Shown here: piece by piece, positions 10,689 to 20,075 of the stretch
How positions within the stretch are numbered: position 1 is the stretch's first letter
How the letters are laid out: every line of letters begins with the position of its first letter
IMG/VR virus record: IMGVR_UViG_3300032242_003291
Location: 253,260 to 317,259 of that record
Length of the DNA stretch: 64,000 nucleotides
Strand: one strand, 5' to 3'
Notes under the pieces: model-generated
Database searches by the model: none
What the model was told of the DNA's origin: nothing
The model's input: only the letters and a program-made list of their open reading frames with translations
Translations under genes and position numbers: made by a program

Positions 10689-12322
10689 TATAAAAAAATA
10701 TTATTGAAAAATAATGATTGATTACTATCAATAGTTTTATGTGTCCATCTAAGATTTCCTTGTTCATCCCAATATGAATCCGACTTAAGGGTCGTACCAT
10801 TATTACACTCTTTGGTTAACTTTACAGTATCAAATCTTTTGTCTCTTACACAAGATAATACTTGTTGGTCTAATTTCAATAGAACCGAAGTCCACACATC
10901 ATCTAATTTTTGATTAAACTTACCTAAACTTTGAACTCTATTAGCACTTACCAATGCTCCACTCATGTTCATCCTGTATTCAATAGTTGCCCTTTCATCA
11001 CCTTTTTGTACAGAGATAATCAAAGAACCAGGTTTACCAATATAACCTTTAACACAATTAGATTGGAAATTACTCTCATCATTATAGTTTTTACTACTAT
11101 CTAACAATGTTGGGTGGTAGACTTCGAATATTGGTTTAGAAATTTTTTCATACATATATTCGGGATAGTGTCTACTATAAGTTCCCATCTTATAATGTTG
11201 TAATTTGTCACTCCAATCCAAATGTTCTTTTCTAAAATCTTCTTTACTCTCAACTGATTGCCACCTCAAATCACGTTCACCAAACATTTTCAATTCTGTA
11301 TACATTCTGATATGGTCATGAAATGTATATGAATCTAAATTTTGATGAATGAAAACTTGTTTGAAAAGAATATATACTCTCCTCAATTCTTCTTTTGAAA
11401 TGAGTTCAGAAAACAATCGAGGGTAATTAATTGAACCTAAAAGTGAGTTAGGTGAGTTTAATATATCTACAATAATATTTTCTTCGTCTTGGTTTAACCA
11501 ATCATCTCCAAAAAGTTTTCTCGCCGCTTGATATAATTCAATATTTAATTTATCACATGTATGTAATGCATGTTTAACTTTTTTTCCTGATAACTGATGT
11601 TTAATCATAATGGCATCAACTAATTTGTTACCATTCTTTTTCAGGATTTTTTTAATCTCAGGACCTACTAATTGACTCGGAAATATTTTGAAATTATTTG
11701 GGTACTTGTAATTTCTCTTATCAAGATAAAATCTGAATAGTCTATCCCCAAAATTTAGTGTTTCGAAATTTTGTCTTTGGTCTATTTGAAACATAAATTC
11801 AGAAAACGCAATTGATACTTCATCATAAGAATTTTCAGTAAATCTTGTAAGAATGTTTTTAATTTTAGACTTGAGTGATTCAATAGGTTCTAAATAAAAA
11901 GCATTTCTCTTAACCGCCTTTACACATTTTTTCTTCCTTTGATATCCACGGATATGACCGCTATACACATCACCAGTTTTAGTATTAACTGAAATATAAT
12001 CTACATTCTTTTCAACTTTGAACCATAGCTTACCTTCCCCTCTATGCCTAAATCCTGTAAATAATTTAATTACAACCTTGTCTTCATTTTTTTCGACAAC
12101 AATCATCACGTATTCTTTTGAAATGGAACACAATGGATTGAATAGATTTTCAGTATAACACTCTTCGCCCTCAACATTACCATTATTTATAAACAACGGA
12201 TGTTTTTCTGTCACATAAAAAATATTGTCATCATTATTTAATGGAAATATTTTTGTTTGGTCTTTATACTTGACTGTATTGTATCTCTCAAAATTTTTCT
12301 TGTAGATTTCCTCTTTCATCAC
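10688..12322 (-). CDS. PcfJ-like domain protein
   Basis: C-terminal ESNFQSNCVKGY...ERATIEY...VQSLGKFN matches the PcfJ pattern. Confidence 0.7.
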   Translation of the reverse strand: MMKEEIYKKNFERYNTVKYKDQTKIFPLNNDDNIFYVTEKHPLFINNGNVEGEECYTENLFNPLCSISKEYVMIVVEKNEDKVVIKLFTGFRHRGEGKLWFKVEKNVDYISVNTKTGDVYSGHIRGYQRKKKCVKAVKRNAFYLEPIESLKSKIKNILTRFTENSYDEVSIAFSEFMFQIDQRQNFETLNFGDRLFRFYLDKRNYKYPNNFKIFPSQLVGPEIKKILKKNGNKLVDAIMIKHQLSGKKVKHALHTCDKLNIELYQAARKLFGDDWLNQDEENIIVDILNSPNSLLGSINYPRLFSELISKEELRRVYILFKQVFIHQNLDSYTFHDHIRMYTELKMFGERDLRWQSVESKEDFRKEHLDWSDKLQHYKMGTYSRHYPEYMYEKISKPIFEVYHPTLLDSSKNYNDESNFQSNCVKGYIGKPGSLIISVQKGDERATIEYRMNMSGALVSANRVQSLGKFNQKLDDVWTSVLLKLDQQVLSCVRDKRFDTVKLTKECNNGTTLKSDSYWDEQGNLRWTHKTIDSNQSLFFNNIFL

Positions 12323-12324
12323 TG

Positions 12325-12355
12325 CAAATATAAGAAAATAAAAAAGGAGAACAAA
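12325..12355 (-). promoter_or_regulatory. Bacteroidota sigmaA-type promoter
   Basis: TTTG-N19-TATATTTG immediately upstream of the start codon. Confidence 0.75.
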
Positions 12356-12365
12356 CGTTCTCCTT
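12338..12365 (-). terminator. intrinsic terminator
   Basis: AAGGAGAAC-AAAC-GTTCTCCTT with a minus-strand U-tract, just after the stop at 12369. Confidence 0.7.
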
Positions 12366-12368
12366 ATA

Positions 12369-12650
12369 TTAATTTAGACAAATTAGTCCGTATTTTGTTG
12401 TTATGAATATGTCTTTGATTTTCTTATCCAAGACAGGGTCTTTACCATTAATCTTAACACAAATCTCCATTAATTGAGTTTGAGTTAAACTAGCTTCTTC
12501 TCCTTTATCAAAGTTTTTTGAAGCTTGTTCACGAATTTTGACATAAAATTCTTCTTCTTTATCTTTAGGTACCAAATTTAATAAATCATTTGGGTTCTCC
12601 CTGAAGAATTTTAAGATGTTATTCATGTATATGTCAACATCAACACTCAT
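12369..12650 (-). CDS. hypothetical protein
   Basis: 93-aa ORF in the operon. Confidence 0.75.
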   Translation of the reverse strand: MSVDVDIYMNNILKFFRENPNDLLNLVPKDKEEEFYVKIREQASKNFDKGEEASLTQTQLMEICVKINGKDPVLDKKIKDIFITTKYGLICLN

Positions 12651-12667
12651 AGATTAAATTTTTGAGA

Positions 12668-13981
12668 TTACTCTTGAAGGTCCCACATTCCTCCACCCAT
12701 ATCAGTACCTTTTGCTTTGATTGATTCAGGAACATTAACATTATTACTTCCTTTTAAGTTTAAGAAGTATAAGTTTGGAATGTCCGCAATACATTCAGGA
12801 ATTGATTTCAACTTAGGGTTATTAATTAACGCTAAGAATCTTAACTTAGGTAATGAACAAATTGCATCTGGTACACTTTCAATACAGTTATCCAAAAGAA
12901 TCATATGTAAGTTTTTGAATCTTCCGATTTCCTGTGGAATATTAATAGTGATATCACTCTTGTTATCTCTATTTTGAATTTGGAATTCTTGTAGAGTATC
13001 AGGTAAATTACCAATCAAATCATCTAAACCATAAAGAGCAATGAATTTACCAATTGCACCATGACTGAAACTATCAATTATTAATTTTTCACCACCAACC
13101 GTAAGTCCTTTCGCAAATTCAGGTTTGAATAACTCTTTCAACTCTTTCATTGGACCATTTAAGTATTGAACCAAATCAATCTGATGGTCATGAATATCCA
13201 TGAATTGATTGGATGGGAAATGGAATTGATATCTTTCTTTTGGTAAACCTGATGGGTGAACGTTTGTATCAGTTGGTTTGTAAACCACATATAATGGACC
13301 ATCCTTAATATATCTATCGAACCAATTCAAACCAGGTCCTGAAGTACACCATCTTGTTTCTTGTTGATTACCACCGTAAAAACATGCAGCTTCTTTTCCT
13401 AACGCACCTTTATCTTTGATTTCAACAACTCTCCACTCATCACCATCATATAAAAGTTTTGAGCCAGGATGAACTGTTGCCGTTTTTCTTTCAGTTTTAG
13501 TTGTTGTTGCAAGAGTCAAATCAAAATCTTTAACCGCATCAAATAACTGACGAGGAGTTAATTTGTTAATATCTTTTTCACCTTTAATCTTATTCTTGAA
13601 TCTATCGAATTTTGTAAGGTCCTCAGTTACTTTATATAAATCCTCCATAAAAAGGTCCTTAACTTGCTTAACCTCTTTCTCATATCCATTATCACCAGGT
13701 TGTCTTTCTGTTGTTGGAGTTAAGTAATTTTTAATTAACCATTGAACATACTTACCCACCTTGATTTTCTCAAGTTCTTTTGGGTCTTTACTATCAGGGT
13801 CAACGTTGTTCATTCTTGACGTTGGGTCAGCCTGAACTAATGCCATGAACTCTTGTTTAGTCAGTTTTGGTTTAGTTTTATTCCCTTTTTTATCCTCACT
13901 AGGTTTTGTTAGTGCGTTGTATAAAACCTCAAACCTTGACTGTTCTGATATTATTGATTTAAGTATTGACGTAAATTTCAT
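12668..13981 (-). CDS. YG..TxWCT-domain protein with C-terminal leucine-rich repeats
   Basis: FYGGNQQETRWCTS; LRRs IPQEIGRFKNLHMILLDN, VPDAICSLPKLRFLALINN, IPECIADIPNLYFLNLKGS. Confidence 0.75.
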   Translation of the reverse strand: MKFTSILKSIISEQSRFEVLYNALTKPSEDKKGNKTKPKLTKQEFMALVQADPTSRMNNVDPDSKDPKELEKIKVGKYVQWLIKNYLTPTTERQPGDNGYEKEVKQVKDLFMEDLYKVTEDLTKFDRFKNKIKGEKDINKLTPRQLFDAVKDFDLTLATTTKTERKTATVHPGSKLLYDGDEWRVVEIKDKGALGKEAACFYGGNQQETRWCTSGPGLNWFDRYIKDGPLYVVYKPTDTNVHPSGLPKERYQFHFPSNQFMDIHDHQIDLVQYLNGPMKELKELFKPEFAKGLTVGGEKLIIDSFSHGAIGKFIALYGLDDLIGNLPDTLQEFQIQNRDNKSDITINIPQEIGRFKNLHMILLDNCIESVPDAICSLPKLRFLALINNPKLKSIPECIADIPNLYFLNLKGSNNVNVPESIKAKGTDMGGGMWDLQE

Positions 13982-13996
13982 CTAAAAAGATTTAAT

Positions 13997-14004
13997 TATA
14001 AATA
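13997..14004 (-). promoter_or_regulatory. TATTTATA motif, putative late promoter
   Basis: 15 nt upstream of the ATG at 13981. Confidence 0.45.
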
Positions 14005-14024
14005 TATTGTGAGAGCAAAAATAA

Positions 14025-14864
14025 CTAATAATTCAATATCAACAGCTCTTCACCCATATTTTGTTTGGTATTTTTTTTCGCAGAAGCTGCTTTAGCAAAT
14101 TCTTTACGTTCCCAACGGTATAAATCTTCAGGAAACCAATCATGTAATAGCGGAAAATCGTAATATGATAGACTGAATTTACCTTGAATACCTTGAAGGG
14201 TATTTGCAAGTCTTTCGTGGTCTTGTCGGTCAAAATCATGATTAGAATAGTAATTCTCTGTTTTCCAATATGGTGGGTCTAAGTAGATGTATGTTGATTT
14301 TGAATCATATTTGTTTATTACATCCCCAAAATCCATATTCTCAACATCTGTAATCTTCAAAAAATGGTCAATCCAGTTAGGTTTACTTAACTTATCCCTG
14401 AAAGAAAGGTATTTGGACCTATATTTCCCCTTCAAATCTATAAATGAAGATGTCTCAGGCTTACTACCTGAAAACACCTGTGTGAGGACATAAGCGTACT
14501 TAGCAGCCACTTCATAATCAGGATAATTGATTGTAAATCCAGAGCTGAATAATTCTTGTTGGAATGTATTAAATCTTTCTTTGTGTTCGGGCGGAGTAAC
14601 ATCAACTCCGATTTGTTGTACGGATATTGAATCTAACGCTCTTTGCAGTTCAGATGGATTCTGAACACACTTAAATAGATTATAATTTAATGGGTTAAAG
14701 TCATTATAAACAACTTTCTTAAGATTTGGGTACTGACTCAAATTCATATTAAAGAAACACCAAAACATCCCTCCGAATGTTTCAACATATGTTTCCATGT
14801 CCTGTGGGTAATATGGAACTATCCATTTACCAATTTTTGATTTTCCACCGATATAACTTAGCAT
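14025..14864 (-). CDS. Dam-family (D12 class) N6-adenine DNA methyltransferase
   Basis: YIGGKS, YVETFGG, VVYND and YLDPPY motifs. Confidence 0.9.
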   Translation of the reverse strand: MLSYIGGKSKIGKWIVPYYPQDMETYVETFGGMFWCFFNMNLSQYPNLKKVVYNDFNPLNYNLFKCVQNPSELQRALDSISVQQIGVDVTPPEHKERFNTFQQELFSSGFTINYPDYEVAAKYAYVLTQVFSGSKPETSSFIDLKGKYRSKYLSFRDKLSKPNWIDHFLKITDVENMDFGDVINKYDSKSTYIYLDPPYWKTENYYSNHDFDRQDHERLANTLQGIQGKFSLSYYDFPLLHDWFPEDLYRWERKEFAKAASAKKNTKQNMGEELLILNY

Positions 14865-14935
14865 ACTTCAATAATAAAACAAAATGTTGAAAAAGCAAAT
14901 TTATTGTCGTATTATTTATAAATAAATCAATTACT

Positions 14936-15085
14936 ATGTCAGAAGAAAAAGAATGTAAAAAGTGTAAACAAAAAAATACGTCACCTAAACAACTATTGAT
15001 GGCAATTGGAGGTTTTTATTTATTGTTTTCATCAATCTATGGAACCATCCAAATCGTTCACAACATCATCAACTTATTTAGATAG
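14936..15085 (+). CDS. small CxxC membrane protein (not in the ORF track)
   Basis: MSEEKECKKCKQKNTSPKQLLMAIGGFYLLFSSIYGTIQIVHNIINLFR*, 49 aa; fills the gap and is preceded by TATTTATA at 14913-14920. Confidence 0.6.
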   Translation: MSEEKECKKCKQKNTSPKQLLMAIGGFYLLFSSIYGTIQIVHNIINLFR

Positions 15086-15995
15086 GTCTTTCAAACCTTA
15101 CATTAAGTTTTACATACATATCCCCACCATCAAAACCTTTTCCTCTTAGTCTTAGAGGTCTACCTGTGTCAAATATTTTTGGTGCGTCCATGTTCAGGTC
15201 ACCATCTGGATGTGGAATTAAAAATTTATCTTTTTGTATTTCTTCTAAGTTCAATGTTAGTTTATAGATTAAATCGTTATTCATTTTTTCAAACCCATCT
15301 TTTTCTATAAGTTCAATCTGAACAACTAAGTCTCCATAGTCCCCATTCCTATAATCTCCAAGATTCTGTAATTTCAAGAACTGACCACTATCAACTCCAA
15401 CAGGAATATTGATTCTGACTTCATTTGAATTTGGTTTACTTCCTCTACCATCACAATAATAACATTTGTGTATCAAAGTATAACCTCTACCACCGCAAGT
15501 CTGACAAGAAGTTCTTATCTGTTGAACCATAAATCCAGTACCAAAGGTTTTAACTTGAGCTCCGCTACCACCACAAGTTGAACACAATTGCTGGTCACCA
15601 CCTGACCCATTACATATATTACAATTAATATCCCTTACATAATATAAAGTTTTTTCAACACCTTTATAAGATTCTATTGGTGTTATCTGAAGTTTAATTA
15701 TTTTATCTGGTGCGGATTTTCTATGTCTTGGTTGTGCATGTGCCTGTTGGTGCATAGCATTGAATATGTCTTGGAATGGTGTTCCTGCATATGGATTGCT
15801 TTTGGATTGATTATATTGAGCTTTCTTGGTCTTATCACTTAATATATCATAAGCTTCTGCAATCTCCTTAAATTTTTCAGCGCCTTCAGGATTAACATCG
15901 GGATGATATTTCTTAGATAGGTTCCTATAACTTTTTTTTATGTCGTCATCGGACGCATTCTCTTCAACTTCTAAAATTTTGTAGTAATCTTTCAT
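15078..15995 (-). CDS. dnaJ: DnaJ chaperone (class A)
   Basis: MKDYYKIL J-domain with HPD, four CxxCxGxG repeats and a C-terminal domain; the ATG at 15995 is the likely start. Confidence 0.95.
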   Translation of the reverse strand: MKDYYKILEVEENASDDDIKKSYRNLSKKYHPDVNPEGAEKFKEIAEAYDILSDKTKKAQYNQSKSNPYAGTPFQDIFNAMHQQAHAQPRHRKSAPDKIIKLQITPIESYKGVEKTLYYVRDINCNICNGSGGDQQLCSTCGGSGAQVKTFGTGFMVQQIRTSCQTCGGRGYTLIHKCYYCDGRGSKPNSNEVRINIPVGVDSGQFLKLQNLGDYRNGDYGDLVVQIELIEKDGFEKMNNDLIYKLTLNLEEIQKDKFLIPHPDGDLNMDAPKIFDTGRPLRLRGKGFDGGDMYVKLNVRFERPI

Positions 15996-15997
15996 AT

Positions 15998-16636
15998 ATG
16001 GCAAACTACTTAGTAGTCTTATTCAAGGATAAAAAGAGAAAAAGAATAATAAAGAAGTTCATCACACATAAAAAGGCAAAACTTTTTTATGACGGGTTGA
16101 TAAAAAATTCTAATGAGGTAATCTTCAATACCGAAGTTGAAAATGGCAAGCCGTGCAAATATGAACTTGGTATCGTTGAAATGAGTTCAAAACAACTTAT
16201 CCCTGTTTATATGACAGACGAGTTTGGTCGTTCTATTAAAGTAAAGTTGGAAGAAGATGGTATGACTTTATTCCAAATTGCACCTTACAAAAAAGAAGAA
16301 ACAATCTACGACGTTGAAAAGAAAAAGAAAATAACCATCCAACAATTTATTTCAAAATATCTAAAAGGGACGGGTATGAAAATGGTGTCATCATTGAATA
16401 ATAAAATCATTGTACAAGAAGACGAGAAGGTATCGTTGTTCACAACAAAATCTGAATCTGAATCTCAACGATTTATTGATTGTATATCAAATTATTTCTT
16501 TAAAACCAAAAGAGGTGATTGTTTGTTTGTAAAAGATAACTCTATACCGCAAAAAAAATACCTTTATGAATTGTTAGAATCAAAAGGTATTTCTAAAAAA
16601 ATATTATATCGAAAATTTACATCTCTTCCTCAGTAG
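15998..16636 (+). CDS. hypothetical basic protein
   Basis: 212-aa ORF with typical codon usage, divergent from dnaJ. Confidence 0.75.
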   Translation: MANYLVVLFKDKKRKRIIKKFITHKKAKLFYDGLIKNSNEVIFNTEVENGKPCKYELGIVEMSSKQLIPVYMTDEFGRSIKVKLEEDGMTLFQIAPYKKEETIYDVEKKKKITIQQFISKYLKGTGMKMVSSLNNKIIVQEDEKVSLFTTKSESESQRFIDCISNYFFKTKRGDCLFVKDNSIPQKKYLYELLESKGISKKILYRKFTSLPQ

Positions 16637-16868
16637 ATTTTTTCTTTTTCTCAATTAAAACAAAATGAAACTCAGTTCCTGATATGTCAATTGAAAATTG
16701 CTTGTGGTCTCTATCAATTTCTCTAAAATGATTAATAACACTAGTGTATTCTCCTTTAGGTAATTCAAAAAGTATAGTCGCTTTACCTGAAAAAATTGTT
16801 TGTACAGATTCTGCAATAAGGGCAAGTTTTTCTAACTCCCCAATATCAGTATTTTTATCTTTTTCCAT
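16617..16868 (-). CDS. hypothetical protein
   Basis: 83-aa ORF. Confidence 0.65.
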   Translation of the reverse strand: MEKDKNTDIGELEKLALIAESVQTIFSGKATILFELPKGEYTSVINHFREIDRDHKQFSIDISGTEFHFVLIEKKKKSTEEEM

Positions 16869-17026
16869 AGACTTAGTTTTTTTGGTTTTGGAAACATTTG
16901 TTCCTTATTCAACTTCTTTACCTGTTGGGCGAGTTTGTCTCTTTGTTGCTGTAACTCTCTTTGGTCTTTCCTCTTCTCGCTCTCCAACCATTTCAAAAGT
17001 TTCTCGTTCTGACTCGTCTGGCTCAT
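16832..17026 (-). CDS. small coiled-coil protein overlapping both neighbours
   Basis: 64 aa, charged helix plus amphipathic C-terminus LSLWKKIKILILGS. Confidence 0.5.
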   Translation of the reverse strand: MSQTSQNEKLLKWLESEKRKDQRELQQQRDKLAQQVKKLNKEQMFPKPKKLSLWKKIKILILGS

Positions 17027-17417
17027 GTATATCTAAATTTGTATCTTCTTCAGTTTCAAAATCAAAATATAAGTTCTGAAGTTTATCTAAATCAGTCTTT
17101 TCAAATGTTTGTTTTAATTGTTCAACTGTTTGTTTGAAAAGTTTCTCTTTTATCTCTTTTTCTTTATTTAATTTAATCAATTTCGCAATTGTGTATAAAG
17201 TTGCGTCAATTTTCTCGTCTGAAATTTCTGTTACAAAAGATATACCTTTTGTTTCGGTATTTTCAGTTTCAAATCCTACAACTTGATTTTCATCTATTAA
17301 ACTTTTTGGCATTGACCATTTGGTTGGAAATTCCATGTCAAAACTTAAATAGTTCTTAAGCTTTCTTATTGAACGAATGTATTCAATAAATGGTGATAAT
17401 TGTGTATAAAAACTCAT
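16905..17417 (-). CDS. hypothetical protein
   Basis: 170-aa ORF with an ATGA overlap to the upstream gene. Confidence 0.75.
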   Translation of the reverse strand: MSFYTQLSPFIEYIRSIRKLKNYLSFDMEFPTKWSMPKSLIDENQVVGFETENTETKGISFVTEISDEKIDATLYTIAKLIKLNKEKEIKEKLFKQTVEQLKQTFEKTDLDKLQNLYFDFETEEDTNLDIHEPDESERETFEMVGEREEERPKRVTATKRQTRPTGKEVE

Positions 17418-17626
17418 TTTGAAATTAAGTATGTGATTATGTAACTTATTGATAATGCTAGGAAAGTGAGTTCCCTGTTACTATAAAATAACGGTTTAGG
17501 GTCTTTTTGTAACAGGGCACCTACAAACTTTGTGACATTTTTCAACGACACTAATATTGTGAATACAAATATAAAAAGGTATATAGTATCAATATTATGC
17601 ATTATCTTGTGTCTTGTTGTGTTCAA
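17414..17626 (-). CDS. small two-TM membrane protein
   Basis: Two hydrophobic stretches; the real start is probably MHNID. Confidence 0.65.
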   Translation of the reverse strand: MNTTRHKIMHNIDTIYLFIFVFTILVSLKNVTKFVGALLQKDPKPLFYSNRELTFLALSISYIITYLISK

Positions 17627-17777
17627 GGACTTCTCCTCTTAATTGTTGAAGAAGTGCTTTTAACTCTTGAGCAGTTTTTCTAGCTCTTGTACCAGCACTC
17701 TTGTTACCTTTGAAGAACTTCGTAGTATCAACAGAAAGTACCTCCGTCAATTCTTTAATTTTTTCTAATGTTTCCAT
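17595..17777 (-). CDS. histone H1-like Hc1-family protein
   Basis: KGNKSAGTRARKTAQELK matches the GNKAAGTRARK signature. Confidence 0.85.
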   Translation of the reverse strand: METLEKIKELTEVLSVDTTKFFKGNKSAGTRARKTAQELKALLQQLRGEVLEHNKTQDNA

Positions 17778-17860
17778 TTTAAGAATATTAAGTTTTGTTT
17801 ATTGTAATATCAAAAATATTAACTTTTTTTACCCTGGTGTAAATAGAAATGAGGTTTTTT

Positions 17861-18328
17861 TTATTCTATATTTTTTTCTAACAATTTATAAAGTTCAGTA
17901 AGAACATCTAAATCTGATTTGGTAAAAGGCTTATCAACATCAAAAACGTCGGACAAAAAGTTAGGAATTGCTTCTCTGATATTTTTTTCTGTTGGATTAT
18001 AAAAAGTATCTAAGTAAAAATCTTTAAAGTAATCTTTATGTGTCCCTTCCAACTTAATTTCGATATTTTCTTTTTTGAAGGACTCTACGGTTTTTTTCCA
18101 ACACCATTCAAAATGAGATTCTTTCTCATCTTCAGACATTGTTATTTTAGTTTCAGTATTGTCATCACCCATGTACGTGTCGGAAACCGTTTGATTAAGT
18201 GATTTGAATACGTCACCGTATAGCTCAATCTTCTCATAATTCATGTTATGAATATTGAACCAAATTACAATATCTTCTTGTGGTACTGGCTTGGACATCC
18301 AATTAAAAAAATTCTCCATAGAGTTCAT
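17861..18328 (-). CDS. hypothetical protein
   Basis: 155-aa ORF. Confidence 0.75.
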   Translation of the reverse strand: MNSMENFFNWMSKPVPQEDIVIWFNIHNMNYEKIELYGDVFKSLNQTVSDTYMGDDNTETKITMSEDEKESHFEWCWKKTVESFKKENIEIKLEGTHKDYFKDFYLDTFYNPTEKNIREAIPNFLSDVFDVDKPFTKSDLDVLTELYKLLEKNIE

Positions 18329-18367
18329 CTATGGAGAATATAAGTTATTGATTCTAAATGTGAATTT

Positions 18368-20053
18368 TTATTGAGTTTTTCTACTATAAGATATTAAATT
18401 TTTCATCTTATTCATTTCTTCATTAACAATATTTTGTTTTTTTTCATCTTTAGACTCAGACAATTTATTAAGAACTTTAGTCCCTTTACTTGATTTCAAA
18501 TTTGCTGTTGCTTTGTCATCACCTGCATTATCAACTGGTGTTGGGTATCTCTGATAAGACGCTGACTTTTGTTCTTTTCCAAATTCATTGTTTTTGTAGT
18601 TCTTCATAAATCTTTCTCCAACTTTACTTGGAACTACATTTCCTAAAGCATTTCCTTCTTCATCCATCTCTGCGTTTCCCGTAGTTCTATGACCTTTCAA
18701 ATACTTTTCGATATTCTTATCGTTAGGTTTGATTTCATCATAAACAATGTTTGTTTGACCAGGATATGAAAAGTATTCAATATATTCTTCAACTGCATCT
18801 GAAGGCATATATTTTTTTACCTTGGGATTTTTCTCTAAATTGTAATTACTTTCAGGAAAATTATCGGGACTTTCACTATATTCACCTTTACTACCAGCTT
18901 TAACGTAATCTTTCATTTTTTTAACAACTTCTTTAGCATAGTCGTCGTTTTCTTTTTTAGATGCGTCTTGAGCCTTAACAGTTTTTTTCAAACCTTCAGG
19001 TGATTTTTTTGCTATGTTATCTTTCTCAGCCTTATCTTTAACTTTTTGTTCAACAACTAATTTTTCAATTAAGTCAATTAATTCGTTTTCAGTTAATTTA
19101 AGACTATTAGTATTTTCTTTAATTCCTTTAAGTGTTAAAGCAAGATTAACTTGTTTTAATAATTTAGCGTCAGCTGCAGATAACTTTTTATCACCTTCAC
19201 CTTTCTTCATCAATTCTTTTTTCAAAGATTTTAATTTAGCTTGTGGGATTTTGTCTCCTTCAGCAACACCTAATTTCTTGTGTAGCGCTCCTTTTTTCAT
19301 TCCTGTTTTTTGAATCCACTTTTCTTTACCTTCTTTAACAGGATATTTGTGACCATCAACTTCAAAACTATCTTCATGATTTTTTTTAGCATTAGCTAAA
19401 GCACCTGAGAAAGCATTACCTTCTTCAGTTTCTGCCTCGTCCATATCTCTTGCAGTTCTAACTCTAAATGGTTTACCTCCAAACTTATCTTTATATCTAT
19501 TAAAAAACTTATCTCCGTGTTCTTTATCAAACCAAATTTGATTACTTCCATGTTTGTCCATCAATGATGGAAAATCATGAAATTCTTCTTCATCATAATC
19601 TTCCAAATCATCTGCATTTGCAGGTCTATCATGTTCGTCGAACCAACCATGTTCGTCATCAAATGAACCCATCATTTTTGGTTTCTTCAATCCTTTTCCA
19701 ACATAAGTTGGTTCATTTTGAGATAATTCTTCTGCTTCGTCTTCAGCATCCTCATCTCCATCATAATCACCTGGTGTTGATGATTCTTCTCCGTCTTTAT
19801 CAAAATAGAACCATTCGTCCATTTCTTCACTTTCTTTCGTTTCTTTCTTTTTACTTCTAAGTTTTTTGAAATCAGCAGCATCAAGTTCACCTTTCGGCTC
19901 TGCAACATCTAATTTCTTTTGGTTACCTTTAAGAGACTCTTTAGTCTCAACTTCAGTCCAATCTTCAGTTAGTTGTTTTACTTTACTCTCGATTTCCTCA
20001 TTCAAAATTTTGGAAACCAATTTATCAATATTTGTGTTAGTTTTATTCATCAC
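18368..20053 (-). CDS. probable internal head/scaffold-like protein
   Basis: Highly charged, mosaic modules separated by (I/L/V)xE motifs; TATTTATA at 20065-20072 upstream. Confidence 0.55.
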   Translation of the reverse strand: MMNKTNTNIDKLVSKILNEEIESKVKQLTEDWTEVETKESLKGNQKKLDVAEPKGELDAADFKKLRSKKKETKESEEMDEWFYFDKDGEESSTPGDYDGDEDAEDEAEELSQNEPTYVGKGLKKPKMMGSFDDEHGWFDEHDRPANADDLEDYDEEEFHDFPSLMDKHGSNQIWFDKEHGDKFFNRYKDKFGGKPFRVRTARDMDEAETEEGNAFSGALANAKKNHEDSFEVDGHKYPVKEGKEKWIQKTGMKKGALHKKLGVAEGDKIPQAKLKSLKKELMKKGEGDKKLSAADAKLLKQVNLALTLKGIKENTNSLKLTENELIDLIEKLVVEQKVKDKAEKDNIAKKSPEGLKKTVKAQDASKKENDDYAKEVVKKMKDYVKAGSKGEYSESPDNFPESNYNLEKNPKVKKYMPSDAVEEYIEYFSYPGQTNIVYDEIKPNDKNIEKYLKGHRTTGNAEMDEEGNALGNVVPSKVGERFMKNYKNNEFGKEQKSASYQRYPTPVDNAGDDKATANLKSSKGTKVLNKLSESKDEKKQNIVNEEMNKMKNLISYSRKTQ

Positions 20054-20075
20054 GTGATTTTTTATATAAATATCT

